A stretch of 64,000 bases of DNA, from assembly GCF_001194135.2 (NCBI RefSeq), contig NC_068992.1:13893037-13957036 (forward strand). Direction: 5' to 3'. The notes under the pieces were generated by a model. It did no database searches and was not told where the DNA came from. It saw only the letters and a program-made list of their open reading frames with translations. Made by a program: the position numbers and the translations under genes. This document shows, in pieces, positions 1-14,262 of the stretch. Positions within the stretch are counted from its first letter, which is position 1. Every line of letters starts with the position of its first letter. The stretch is from Octopus bimaculoides (lineage: Eukaryota).

Positions 1-660
1 ATATATATATATATATATACTTATATGTGCATATAAGTATATTTACATATATACATATTCATATAAATTTACATTTATATACGTGTGTGTATTTCCGTAT
101 GTATGTATATATATATAAATATATATGTGTGTGTGTTTCCATGTGTATGTATGCGTGTGCCTGTGTGTATGTGTGTGTATGTATGTGTGTGTGTATGTGT
201 CGATTTGCGTGTCAACGATGAGGGGAATTGTTCTTGACTTCATTATCAAATTTTGTATACATGCAGTGAACTTTAATTGGAATATGATGAATACTTACGT
301 GCATACGTAACTCTTTCAACTGTCAAACACATACACACACACACATTCAAAGTACATGCATGCACATACATCTACACACAACACACACGCCCGAACACAT
401 GTAATGAGGAGACAATTCAATTATTAGAGGAGTCAAGAATAATCATCTGGAAAATAAATTGAGGTTTGGAAATCAAAAGTGGGAAACAATCAAATACATA
501 TAGACAAGTACACACACGCTCACACATATGCATACACTACACACACGCTCACACACATATATATATATATATATACATATATGCAGGTGTGTATACTTAT
601 ATAAATACACGTTCATGCGCATATACCATTAGACAGAGATATACAAGCGTATGTGTATGT
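1..660. repeat. Compound dinucleotide microsatellites (AT)n/(GT)n/(AC)n; similar tracts recur throughout the window
   Basis: Directly visible; source of the YI/CV/HT-repeat pseudo-ORFs. Confidence 0.95.
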
Positions 661-939
661 ATGCAGAAGGAGAAACATAACAAAATTCAAGAAATAGATA
701 CATTTTACTGCAAATAAATTTATTTATTTCTTCTAAAAATACTTCTTGAAACAATAGGATTGTTTAATGAAATAATGGATGTTTTTTTTGTTGAAAGTAC
801 GCGAGCTACAACAGCATCAAAAATATACTCATTATTAATAGTATTATGTTAATGATAATAAAAATAATGCTATCAAATTATTTAATAATGATATAAATAA
901 TAACTCTTTCTAATTTACGCACACAGCCAGCATTGAGAG

Positions 940-1050
940 AGAGGTGGGGTGAGATGACTTCGTCGACCCAAGAACTCAAGCGGTAGAATTCAAAATCGAC
1001 CTCGGTAGGGTTACACCTTAATGTATGAAAATGAGTCGAAGCGCAGGAAA
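940..1050 (-). mobile_element. Highly degenerate SINE-A fragment
   Basis: aaaatcgacctcggtagg resembles the reverse-strand SINE-A core (aaagtcgacctcggcgg) seen at 36549. Confidence 0.4.
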
Positions 1051-1114
1051 TCATTCTTACCGACACTGACTATACCAATTTACCGCCATGATGATAATAA
1101 CGGACTTCTCGTGC

Positions 1115-1295
1115 AAGGTCATGCACTGTTTATCTTGATAGAAGATGATCATATCACGTGCATATGGGTGTGATACTTTTGCCCATGTACCCTTATCAGA
1201 CGCGTAGTCATGATGGGTATATTGGGCTTTCTATGTTTCTACCCCAGTGTCACATTCATGGTATGCGCTGCTCTCTCGTTCGATAATGATAATCA
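1115..1295 (+). repeat. Interspersed repeat fragment shared with about 30175-30240
   Basis: catgcactgtttatcttgata...catatgggtgtgat aligns with catgcgctgtttatcttgata...catattgctgtgat near 30177. Confidence 0.55.
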
Positions 1296-1356
1296 TTTCT
1301 ACTAGAGCGGTAGTTTCCAATCTTTTATCCGTGGTTCCCAGCCCTTTTATTTAAAG

Positions 1357-1994
1357 ATGGTGGTGGTGACGGTGGTGGCGGTTGTGGTGGCGGTTGTGGT
1401 GGTGGTGGTGGTGGTGGTGGTTGTTGCAGCAGCATCAGCTGTGTTGATGGTGGTGGTGGTGGTCGTCGTCGTCGTCATCGTCGTGGCAGTAGTAGTAGTA
1501 GTAGTAGTAGTGGTAATGGCGATGATAGTGGTAGTCGTGCAGCTGCGCCTGGTGATGCTCATGATGGCGTTGGCGGTGGCGGTGTTGATGGTGATAGTGG
1601 TAGTAGTAGTGGTGGTAGTGATGGGGGAGATGTGTGGTGTGGTGCTAGTGGCGCACACGAATTGTAGATGATTACGTCACGAATGAAAAAAAAAATAAAA
1701 GAAAGATGTGAATCGATGAAGGATGTAAGGAAAGGTATGAAGAGAGTGAGAATTAGGATAACGAAGGAGAAGATGCAGCTTCAGTATAACGGGAATAGGG
1801 GTAAGGTGGAGAAGGAGCAGGGAGGAAGCATGAGGAGGGTTTTTCTTTTTTTTTTTTGCTTTTTTGGCAAACTATAGATTCCAAAGTGAACCATGTATAT
1901 GTCCAACTGAACATCGCAGGTGCAGAAGACACCGTCAGCGCATGGTGAAGTAGGTATTTAGAAATTGAAACAATAGAAAATATGGAGTTGGTGA

Positions 1995-2031
<37 letters not shown>

Positions 2032-2253
2032 TATCATCATAATCATCATCATCATCGTCATAATCGCCATCAATAATAATAATAATAATGATAATAATAA
2101 TAATAATAATAATAATGATAGGAACTACAATAACAACGTCATAAAAACGAAGGAAACATGAGATTGCCGAGAAAGAAAAAGAAATGATGTTGATGATGAT
2201 GATGATAATGATGATGCTGCTGATGATGATGATGATGATAATGATGATGAGAC

Positions 2254-2287
<34 letters not shown>

Positions 2288-2360
2288 ATGATGATGACGA
2301 CTACAACGACGATGACTAAGGTGATGATGATGATGACGATGATGGCCATGATAATGATGG
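1357..2360. repeat. Mosaic trinucleotide repeats (GTG, GTA, GTC, GAT, AAT, GAC)
   Basis: Two visible blocks, about 1357-1650 and 1990-2360. Confidence 0.9.
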
Positions 2361-2750
2361 TGATGAATTACGAGAACAAAGCGCGAAGTAAAAAAATTTA
2401 AATGAGGCAATGACATATATATAGATATAGATATAGATATATAGAGAGAGAGAAAGAGAGGCAGAGCGAAATAAAAAGGAAACAGGCGAATATAAATTAC
2501 TTCGTTATTTTCCTCAGCTGTTTGTTCTATTCTATTCTGAGAGAAGTTTCAATAAAGAACGACATACGTGAAGTATCATTTCAAAATAATCATACATCAA
2601 ATATACAAAATATATCAAAACTATTTCCTAACCTGTTGACTTTTGCCAATTATTGATATTTGTCTTACAATGCATTATGTTTAAAGTATCTTACGAAATG
2701 TGTAAACAAGCGCTACATACACACACACAGACACATACACACACACACAT

Positions 2751-2797
<47 letters not shown>

Positions 2798-2834
2798 TGT
2801 ATATATGTATATATATCTATGTCTATATGTATAT

Positions 2835-2877
<43 letters not shown>

Positions 2878-3213
2878 CATAGATATATTCATATAGTGAT
2901 ATACGTAAATATATATATATATAATGTATGCTTATATTCCTGTAAGCGTACATTTTTTATATATATGTGAGTGTGTGTGTGCCTATTTATACCCACGCAC
3001 GAAATTCCCGCACATGTACACACACATACACACAGATGTATGTATAGCCATACGTATTGATGCGTGTGCACGTGCACGTATATATCTTACTAAGAAATAA
3101 GCAGCATATATTTCCTTATTCATAATTGATTGTGTGTATTTAGCTACATATGTCATTGTTTCTATATCTGTAAAAATAACAGCGAATATAACATACATAT
3201 ATANNNNNNNNNN

Positions 3214-3266
<53 letters not shown>

Positions 3267-5902
3267 TGTATGTGTGTGTGTGTGTATGTGTGTATGTATG
3301 TATGTACGTATGTGTGCATATATGTATGTATGTATGTATGTATGTACTATATATTATATTTGCAGCAAAAATATGACACTAAACTTAACACAAAAGGAAA
3401 GAAATTATTTTAATGATTGATAAATATTTCTTGAAATTGGTGCCTAAAAGTCAAAGTATTTATAGTTTAATATCTTTTGTTCTATTCAATATTCTATACT
3501 ATGTATTCTCAAAATACATTAATGTGATAATATATTACTTTGATAAAGGAAAATACAACGTATATTACGGGAAATAAGACGAACGTTAAGTAATTATATA
3601 AAAAGCAGTTGCACATGTGTTAATGTTTTACGAGAGAAATAAATTTAAATTCTATAAACAATAAGGTTTGAAAACGAAATTTTGTTCTCCAAAATCCGAG
3701 ATGTGATTTCGTTCCTGTTGAAGTACTTTTGTATTCAGCTTCTTAAGAAATTAGTCGTTTATAATTATTAACAACTAAGCACCCTATTTGTTGGCATGAA
3801 AGTCAAATGAGCATATAAGATGCACACCAATTTCAGCAGCGCATACTTAGGAAAAGTTTTTCATGCATTAAATCATGTAATATTTATAGCAATTTAGCAG
3901 TACATGACAAAACATTACGAAGGTAACTTAGCTAGAGCAGAAAAATTATTGTAAATAAAGATTATATATTTTTGACTCACGTTAGTTACAAGTACTCGTC
4001 TGGATTTAAATTAGCTTATATTATTGTGCATCAGTGATAAAATTAAATTACGGGAGATCTAATTTCGTATATAGCGCCCAAGGTGATATTTTTGGGAGAT
4101 TCTTAGAGCAAAAAACTCTGCATATATATAAGGCATTAAATACCGTATATAAGCTTTGTGGATTCCAACCACTAGAAATGGTAGTTAGTTTCTTTACTCA
4201 AATCACATTCTACCGTTCTAGAGGAGTGCATATCTCAATATTTGCACTTAATTTTTGTTAGCACCCAACTTATTCAATAGAAGACTATTTGAAAACGTCC
4301 TCAGAGCTTTAGAAGTAATGGCAAATTTCAAAGTAAAGAAACTGCTCAAATGAGAATGTACTTATAAATATAATTAACCTCATAATATAGCAGGGTAAAT
4401 CCCCTAAGGAAAGCTCCGAATTTCATCTCAATCCTTTCATCTGACTGGATTCTGGGAGATAGGTGGTTTCATTCATGTCAATGAATCTGCCGACTCTATT
4501 CCGAGACATTTTAGCTGATATAATATTGTGAGCTAATGTTTGGCGCTATATTCAATCCGGTGTCATTCCGTAAAAATATATAATGGGAATGTTGTTATCT
4601 GTTATTGCCAATCCTCATTGACTAGATAATTGATCAACACTCTAACGGCATCATTTTTTTCTTTTTCTTTTTTTTTTTCTTGAAATATACAGTATACGGA
4701 CACTGAAAAAAGACGTGATGATCACGACTGCAATGATTTTGATAATAGATCTACTTGAATCGAGCTGGATCTACTATGAATTAAAAATAAACAATGTTTC
4801 TCTCTCAGTTATAAGAAACTTTTGCATTGTAGCTTTTAGGTGTAAGGTAGTCCAGTTAGAAAGAAATAGAGAAATCATTCTTAAATTGCACGAAATTAGG
4901 GTACGTAATACGATGTACCTTCCGTGAAAAGTGATAGACAACAAATACAGCAACAAAAGGGGTTTTTGATGCTTTTCAAACGCAAATGTAGCAATATATA
5001 ATACAACCAAAGACAATTGCATTTGGGGGTCAGTTTAATGATAAGGTGAATATTTTCTGGCAAACATCTCTGAATATTTTCTGGCTTTCCTAGATAAAGT
5101 CTATTTACCTGGGCCTTGCTCATCATTCTCTTGGAATATTCAAGAAATCTACTGGGCTACAAAACCTTCATCTCAATCCTTTCTTCCAAGTCAAACTTAG
5201 AGAACTCTATGACTGCTTGATGAAAACTAGTATATGTGTTTCTTCTATTCAGCCGCACAATAAATGAACAAAACTAAAAAAAAACAGTAAAACAACCCTA
5301 CATATTTGAAAGCAAACTAGATATAACTTACAGGCTAAGACTGTACATTTTACAGACAATACAACGAACGTCTCAAAAACACAGTTGTGCATGAGGTGTG
5401 TAGTACATACTCGCACGAATCTTCTACAAACAATATATTGATAATATTAACGATGACTTTTAACATCGGACTAAGATTCTTTCAGACAAGACGTCTTGAA
5501 CAAGACCGAAATAATATCATTGCTAATAGTAGCTGAATACACAGTAAGGAAAATATCACGAAGAATAGTTATAATGGCAGCAGAAAAGTTAAGAGTAAAA
5601 AAATACAGTTATTGCTTCTGATAAGAGAAGCCATAAAAGTAAGAGGTGAGAATTATAGCAGCCATTGTGGTCATAGTGTCATTTGTGTTTTCGCAATAGA
5701 ATTTGCTGTAAATTTACTTACAGTCGCAAATTAGATCAGCAACAATATCAGTCCGACCAGGTGACACCGACAGGGAAACTAAGAATGGAGTGTTTGAAGC
5801 ACGTACGTTTATCGTTGCGCACCTTTATCTCAGCGTGAAGTGTAGGAATATTTGGTAGGGCTTTCTGAAAATAGAGGTGCCGCGTCTCTCTCTATATATA
5901 TA

Positions 5903-6070
5903 TAGGAGCAGTAGTGGTTGTGTGATAAGTAGCTTGCTTACCAACCACAAAGTTCTGGGTTCAGTCCCACTGAGTGGCACCTTGGGCAAGTGTCTTCTAC
6001 TATAGCCTCGGGCCGACCAAAGCCTTGTGAGTGGATTTGGTAGATGGAAACTGAAAGAACCCCGTCGTAT
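5903..6070 (+). mobile_element. SINE-B 5' half (tRNA-like head plus central domain), running into (AT)n and a gap
   Basis: B-box-like gggttcagtccc, then ggcaccttgggcaagtgtcttctactatagcctcgggccgaccaaagccttgtgagtggatttggtagatggaaactgaaagaa, shared with other copies. Confidence 0.85.
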
Positions 6071-7149
6071 ATATGTATATATATATNNNNNNNNNNNNNN
6101 NNNNNNNNNNNNNNNNNNNNNNNNNNNNNNNNNNNNNNNNNNNNNNNNNNNNNNNNNNNNNNNNNNNNNNNNNNNNNNNNNNNNNNNNNNNNNNNNNNNN
6201 NNNNNNNNNNNNNNNNNNNNNNNNNNNNNNNNNNNNNNNNNNNNNNNNNNNNNNNNNNNNNNNNNNNNNNNNNNNNNNNNNNNNNNNNNNNNNNNNNNNN
6301 NNNNNNNNNNNNNNNNNNNNNNNNNNNNNNNNNNNNNNNNNNNNNNNNNNNNNNNNNNNNNNNNNNNNNNNNNNNNNNNNNNNNNNNNNNNNNNNNNNNN
6401 NNNNNNNNNNNNNNNNNNNNNNNNNNNNNNNNNNNNNNNNNNNNNNNNNNNNNNNNNNNNNNNNNNNNNNNNNNNNNNNNNNNNNNNNNNNNNNNNNNNN
6501 NNNNNNNNNNNNNNNNNNNNNNNNNNNNNNATATATATATATATATAATACACTGCGTTTATGTGTTTATGACTAATTACTACGGTAAAATACTATCACA
6601 AACTAATCAATCAGCCACAGTATGTGCCAGGGCTTTTTTCTGTATGTGTTGTAGATGTAATAATTCCATTCTAGAAGTTGGACTTGTCTTTGGAATACTT
6701 GCAATTGTTTTTGACTTGCGAATCTAGTAACCATTTTCATGTTGACGATTTTCTGATTCACGAGATTTTAATTCGGACGAGAAAGAATTTCTTCTCTTTA
6801 CTATTACTAATTCATATCGTCATTACCGTACTATCTCGCTACTCCATCTGTTTCCATCGCTCACTTAATTCCAACCATGTTTTATTCAGGTTTAGCCGTA
6901 TAAATGTTCATGAACTATCAAGATGTCCATGCGACTATTGAATAATTACACTTCGCTTAATCTATATCTGACTTAGATCAGTAGAACAGTCGTTTGCAGC
7001 ACAATAATACCCATGCGTAATATGGATGACTGCGAGAGTAATGACCCTTTCGGTCATTCTAGTTTAAGGGGCGTGGTTATGTTTAACAAGGTTTAACAAT
7101 TAGATAGGTGATGCCCGACTGAACTGGCACTCAACTTCTTGCGTCATAC

Positions 7150-7385
7150 CGATTCATAAATTCCGGTATTCCGGTTTCCCGGTTTCATCGTGTATGTATT
7201 TCCTCACCAGGATGAGACGCCGGTCCGTCGCAGAATTACTCATTTTTGCCAGCTGAGTGGACTTGAGCAACGTGAAATGAAATGTTTTTGCTCAAGAATA
7301 CCACGTGTCACCCGGTCCTGGAATCGAAACTACAATCGTATGATCATGAGTCCAACAACCCTAACCACTAAGCTAAGCGCTTTCA
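7150..7385 (-). mobile_element. SINE-C (tRNA-like head)
   Basis: Reverse strand reads agcttagtggttaggg...gtttcgattccaggacc...cttgagcaaaaacatttcatttcacgttgctcaagtccactcagctggcaaaaatgagtaattctgcgacggacc; homologous to 35788-36030. Confidence 0.75.
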
Positions 7386-8143
7386 AACTAGCACTCACAG
7401 AGTTGACCAATGATCGGCAGGCATTCATGCTTAGAAAGTATCCAAAGGGCCAGATAAATGCAATCTGTTCTATAACTGTCATTAAAGTCGTGCTATAAAA
7501 CCTTAGATACAAGCAAGCATTCTGGTATAAGCCGAAGTCAGTGGCGGCTGTGAAAACATCTTAAAGTTGATAAGATATTGTGTTGGGTCGCCGTCAAAAT
7601 AAGCATAAGAATGGTGATAAAATTCAAGAAGTTATCAAACTGTAGTTAAAGTGTTTATTAATTTACAAGGACAATATTGTTGCAAAATTTGGTCATAAGT
7701 ATTAATTTATGGAGGATTTTTGGATAAATTATATATATTTAGAGGTAAATTCAAGGACTCGAAATGGTGCACGCTGTTCCTTTCACAAATTTTCTACTGC
7801 TTTTGGAACAGCTATTTAGTAAAGGATCAGCTTACTGGACTCACTAAACATTGACGATGAGAGATGGAGTCAAAAAAAGGTTATTAGAATCGAATCAATT
7901 TGATTTAGGAGAGACAAAATGGTACTAAGAACATAGTACGTCAGCGGAGGTTAGATCTGATAAAGAGTTATCTTTGATACTAATCTCGAAGACCAATGTG
8001 AAAGCAATTCGATGAATATAGATTATTGATAAACAAAGAGGCAACGATATCTCGATTCATTCCTTGGGAGATCAAAATACAAGTGTGCTGTCTGAAAACA
8101 CACACACACACATACACACATACACACAAACACACATATACAC

Positions 8144-8264
<121 letters not shown>

Positions 8265-8266
8265 GT

Positions 8267-8313
<47 letters not shown>

Positions 8314-10642
8314 TGTGCGTGCGTGTGTGTAATTCAAAATGGTTTAATTCGGATTCCGTGGTAATTCCAGTTTCGCAAGGCCCTAACGGGACCTGTCTCC
8401 TCAGACTGGTGGGGAATCGAAATGAATGGGGAGGTAATCTCAGATGGCTACCGGTGGATAAGCTGCAACTGGTCAAAGCAGGTCAGGTGATAGTATTGTT
8501 TAGTAAGCGACAGCAGTTGCATGAGTAAAGGGCGCTTCTTTGGCCACGTGGTACTGCGTGTGTATGTGTGCGTGTATGTGCGAGTGCTAGGAGGCGTGTA
8601 TATTTTCAAATAATACAAGGACAGCAATGCTGAAGTCAGTTAGGTGATGTTGGTTATATTTGTATTATTCTATTCACGCCATTTACCCCGTTATTTGATG
8701 CTATTTCATTATTGTAGCATATATTTATTAGATTTTAGATTTTAATTACATGCTTCAAAGAAAGAGACCCTACTTTCATACGTTACGTGATCCCTGACTA
8801 GTGAGAAACTCGCAATTATAAGACAGATAACAGATGAATAGTTAAGGTTCATTACCCAGAAATAGGGTTACTTCTGTTTCCAGCAAAGCAGGCAGGATCA
8901 ACATTGCACCTGTTCTACAAACATTTGATCGGTTCACTGAGTGTATTAAATGCATTTTGCACGTAGACACACTTGATATTTACATAGGTGAAGACCATTA
9001 TTCGGTACGTAATATGAAATCCAGAAGCTCGGTCGGAATTCTACGCGAGTAGTTTGAACACCTTTAATAAAATATAAAATATTATGATGGATGATACCAA
9101 TCTCAACTGTCGACTATTTCTGTTTATTTCTTACTTTTTTTTTTCCTTAATAGATTTCATCTGCTTGTATACATTTCTCTTCCCACATCGGTCACCGACA
9201 AAAAAGAAAACAAACATTGGAAATCTTCTTAAATATAATTGGTTATTAAAGGTCATTAGAGTGTTTGCGCCAGAATCTGTCCTCTTTAAAGCTAATATGA
9301 TTGATCGTTAATTGGAAAAACCTTTATCATTTACACATTTGTCTTCATTTCTCCGATACATGAACAAATAATTTGATAAAAAAAATCAGTATATTAATCA
9401 AAGAATCTATATAGCAAAAGATCTTATTTGATAACCATTAAGTTTAAGTTTATAAAGAAACTTTGGATTTACTTTCTCATACGGTTTACTGTAGAAATCA
9501 CGACGACTTGTAAATACCTCGATTTCGAATGATCAATTCTGCAGTTCATATCATGCCACGGTTGCGGTATCGATTTGCTGCTGCAGTTAGGGTTCACTTT
9601 TTTGTTTCTGTTAATCTTATTCATGGTGTTGTTATTGTTCTCACTGCTGTTTCGCAGCTCCACGTCTGCCAGGGTCGAACTGATATGTGGTAAACGAAGT
9701 GTTATGGCCATGACTATCCCATCTTATTTTCAGACATTGTATATCTCCTTAGTCATAATGGTATGGTGTAATTTGAAGGAGATATGTCTATTATTCCCAA
9801 CAGACGTCCCTCTTCCGATTCTCTCATGTAGCACATGTTCTTATAACCTTTGTGATTTTAGCATTCAATTTTCGGATTCTCTCTTCCTTTCTTTCCTCTA
9901 GATTAGTTAAAATGAGTAGGGAGTTATCATTGCACGTCCTCGCAAATTGATGAGATCGAGGCGATGAATTTTTGGGTTGATCATACAAAAGTCGGTGTTT
10001 GCATGAAACTGAAAGAATAATAACTACAAAGAAAATATGATACCAAGACAATTATAGTTGTGTATTGTGCGATTGAAACATGAAAGAAATTAGGGACCTT
10101 GCATGCAACAGATTTAGAAAAACGCAGTGGATTGCAGTGGAGAAAGAGAAAGAGGGGGGAGAGACAGAGAGGGCGAGGAGAGGGGGGGAGAGACAGAGAG
10201 GGCGAAGAGAGAGGGGGGAGATAGAGAGGGGAGGGAGAGAGAGGGGGTAGAGAGAGAGATTGGGCTGAAGTAAAAAGAACAATCTATATATCTGTCATCC
10301 CTGTACTCATATATTGCAGCAATAATCCAATATCGATATTATTGGAATATTGTAAACCATCAGAAACTGAAATGGAGTGGGGCGAGTTCTATCTTCAAAG
10401 AAAATATTTGTTACTAACAGGCAGTTTTCGTGATGTTTCATAAATAGTGTTGCTATGGAAATTTCTTCGAAACGCTCAAATCAAATATCTGTAGCTAACA
10501 TTGAAATGCTGGCTTCCCAATGAGTAGCGTTCATGTGTACAGCAAGTGAAGTACCTGATTAGTATTTCTTGTAATATTACAAGGGTGGTGATTGTTTCTT
10601 AGGTTTGTTATAAAGGTCTCTGCTTTTATGTTTTCTATAGAG

Positions 10643-10725
10643 GGGGATGTAATCGACTTAATCCGTTTGTCTGTCCTTGTTTGTCCCCTCTATGTTTGGC
10701 CCCTTGCGGGTAATAAAAAATAAGA
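10643..10725 (+). mobile_element. SINE-A 3' fragment
   Basis: gatgtaatcgacttaatccgtttgtctgtccttgtttgtcccctctatgtttggcccc matches the SINE-A tail. Confidence 0.8.
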
Positions 10726-12574
10726 AATTATGAATTGTAGCTAACTATCCCTGTGATTATGTTAGTCATAAGAGAGTGGACTTGAGTAGATTTCGCAAAA
10801 ATAGTCAAGACATAACGAAGTAGAAAATAAGTTACCACATAGCAGCTGAGTGAAAACAATTCCTAGACTTTTACCACTGTTCTGATACTTTTGCATTTTT
10901 TCGCAGCGAATCTCTCAAGTGAAAACCTTTTTACGGTTCTAACCTCTTACAATTATTGAGGGAAGGATTCAAACAGCATAAGTATCTGGCTAAGTACGGG
11001 TTTTGAACGTTTGTCATTATATTGTTAAAAATTCATGGTGTTGTATAATGTAACGACATAACAGACATTTTGTCGTTGAGTACAGAGTTTTTTTCTCTTT
11101 CTTCAATACTTCCTTAACATGCTACCTTCGCAGATCTTAAAGGAGCCGCGTTGCATCTGAGACATGTTATGAAGTGTGAACACAGAGAATTAGAATGCAT
11201 TAAAATGCAATTTGCGTTGCGCATATTTGCAGGATGACTAAACTTCTTTTCAAACTGACTACATTTTACCCTGTAAACCACAAAAATATAACGTTTAATT
11301 CACCATTTTGCGGTTTAGGAAGAGTCATAGTCGGTTATACTTGCATATATTGTATAACTACTTGTGGCAGAAAGGACCCAGTGTTTTTAAAACCGTTACT
11401 GTTGTTGGCGTCGAAAATATTCTGTTCATGCTATTGTATTTATTTTTAACATTTATTTCCAGTACTGAGGCTTGCTATTTCGTTTAATCATTGTGATATT
11501 GGCTACAAATTACGATAACCAACCGTTTCAAAATCTTCATTTTCTCCTTTAAATTTTTCATAGTCAAAGCCTATCAACAAAGCAAGTATGCAAATAGTTC
11601 TTCATATCATTGTGTGCTCTGTCTATCAATTAGTGTTGTGCAGACTGACTCCTTGAGTGCTTGCCAATTCTTAATTGTGACTTACGATCTGTCAAAGTTC
11701 AAATGTCGAAAGATTTAATAACCGCTCGTATACAAACAACATGAATACTGTCTTCATTCCAACATATCAACTTGAAACAGGAAATTTAATAAAGTTTCCC
11801 AATCACACAAATATGCGTTTAATTGTCCTATATTTGGAACACTTCACAATATAGCGATATCTCTATAATTGCGATCAGTACCAACGTAGGCGGAAAAGGT
11901 GATTGAAACTTCCAAGCATTGAATTAAATACTTTTCACTATGTAATTGCATTGCTCTTGTATCTACGGTATATGGTCTCTTTGATTCAGGTTTTCGGTAA
12001 ACCCACCTTTGTCGGTAAAATTGTAGCAGTAATTAACCCGATAGATACAAATGATGAAATCTACATTGTGATAATGATTTATTTCTTGGACACCATCACA
12101 CGAAATTGGAAAGACGGGAAGTCGGCAGCATGTTTCAAACAAGTTTAAGATGTGGCATACATTTATACAACTCAGACAAATAGGTTTCAAAGACGATATA
12201 TCAGGGCATGAATTTGGTCTGGCCAACCAACTGAGAGTTATTCCATTTAAATGGTTTTCCATTAAATAAAATAAAATTTAAATTTAATTGATGATATATT
12301 TATCACTAATATTAAGATTTTAGAACGTGGGCGCGCGCGTACGCATAGGCAGACACACGTACATACGCAAACACACTCACACACACACACATATAAATTT
12401 TGAGATCATCAAATAATATTTTCAATATGTTTTTTCAAGAGATCTAGTTATGTCAGCAGGTTTGAAAATGCAAAATAAACTTATGAAAAATACTACGTTA
12501 AACACTCATATCAAACTTAATTCTTATACTTAATATATTTATTTAATTTATTCATAATATATTTACAAACATTG

Positions 12575-12620
<46 letters not shown>

Positions 12621-12622
<2 letters not shown>

Positions 12623-12784
12623 GACAGGCTTCTTTCAATTTCCGTCTACCAAATCCACTCACAAGGCTTTGGTTGGCCCGAGGCTATAGTAGAAAACACT
12701 TGCTCAAGGTGCCACGCAGTCGGACTGAACCTGGAACCATGTGGTTAGTAAGCAAGCTATTTACCGCACAACTACTCCTGTGCC
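12621..12784 (-). mobile_element. SINE-B 5' half
   Basis: Reverse complement of the 5903-6070 consensus. Confidence 0.85.
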
Positions 12785-12799
12785 TAGAGTGTGTGAGAC

Positions 12800-12909
12800 G
12801 CTTACAACACCTAAGTTTCCCAACCGGTCACCCATCTCAGTACTCACTAGGCTCGATGTTGCTTAATTTCGGTGATCGGACGAGAACCGGTACTTTCAAC
12901 GTGGTATGG
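12800..12909 (-). pseudogene. 5S rRNA-derived sequence (diverged, about 8 nt missing at the 5' end)
   Basis: Reverse strand CCATACCACGTTGAAAGTACCGGTTCTCGTCCGATCACCGAAATTAAGCAACATCGAGCCTAGTGAGTACTGAGATGGGTGACCGGTTGGGAAACTTAGGTGTTGTAAGC follows metazoan 5S rRNA. It has substitutions in the A and C boxes and no oligo-T terminator. Confidence 0.85.
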
Positions 12910-13365
12910 ATATGTGTGTATGTGTAAACATACACATACTAACATGCATGCATACAAGCATACATGCATATATGTACTTGTGGAAAATTAACCTTCAGTT
13001 CGTGTGAAGACATTTAAAAGTATTATATTTCTTTCTGTATCTCTAATTTTCCTGACAGTTTAAAAATTTTTTTGTCTTTTAGGGCATTCATTATAAATAA
13101 TTGCTTTAAAAAGGAAACAAATCTAATTACCAAACCGTGCGGAATTTTATAGATTGCATTTAACTTACACAGATAAATTAGTTTCAACTTCATATCCTCG
13201 TTTCCTGATTTCATAGCATTACTTTTTGTTTACTCTGACGGAAATTAGAAATTTGAATACGTATACGTATGTATGTATGTATTATGCGTGTGTGTGGGTA
13301 TGTGTGTATGTATGTGTGTGTGTAAGTTAGTACATATATCTGTGTATAATCTATATACCCGTGCG

Positions 13366-13404
<39 letters not shown>

Positions 13405-13531
13405 GTATATTGAGAGGGAGAGACAGGCAGGCAGACAGACAGACTAGAAAGACAGACAGACAGACGGACATACATACAGACAGACAGGCTGACAGGCTGG
13501 CAGCCTGACAGACAAAGAGACAGACAGACAA

Positions 13532-13562
<31 letters not shown>

Positions 13563-13573
13563 AACAGGCAGAC

Positions 13574-13617
<44 letters not shown>

Positions 13618-14262
13618 TTTGCATGTATATATGTATGCTTGCATATATACGTGTATAGACGCACATGTATTTATTTATAAATATGTGTTCGATGAAACCT
13701 CCACAAGGTGCNNNNNNNNNNNNNNNNNNNNNNNNNNNNNNNNNNNNNNNNNNNNNNNNNNNNNNNNNNNNNNNNNNNNNNNNNNNNNNNNNNNNNNNNN
13801 NNNNNNNNNNNNNNNNNNNNNNNNNNNNNNNNNNNNNNNNNNNNNNNNNNNNNNNNNNNNNNNNNNNNNNNNNNNNNNNNNNNNNNNNNNNNNNNNNNNN
13901 NNNNNNNNNNNNNNNNNNNNNNNNNNNNNNNNNNNNNNNNNNNNNNNNNNNNNNNNNNNNNNNNNNNNNNNNNNNNNNNNNNNNNNNNNNNNNNNNNNNN
14001 NNNNNNNNNNNNNNNNNNNNNNNNNNNNNNNNNNNNNNNNNNNNNNNNNNNNNNNNNNNNNNNNNNNNNNNNNNNNNNNNNNNNNNNNNNNNNNNNNNNN
14101 NNNNNNNNNNNNNNNNNNNNNNNNNNNNNNNNNNNNNNNNNNNNNNNNNNNNNNNNNNNNNNNNNNNNNNNNNNNNNNNNNNNNNNNNNNNNNNNNNNNN
14201 NNNNNNNNNNNNNNNNNNNNNNNNNNNNNNNNNNNNNNNNNNNNNNNNNNNNNNNNNNNNNN

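Noticed and set aside
4422-5183. 17-bp direct repeat ttcatctcaatcctttc at 4422 and 5167
   Set aside because: No element structure or ORF between the copies; cannot be distinguished from old repeat debris.
9658-9689. Plus-strand 32-nt exon-like segment (ttcgcag|CTCC...GTG|gtaaac)
   Set aside because: Weak donor and no supporting homology.
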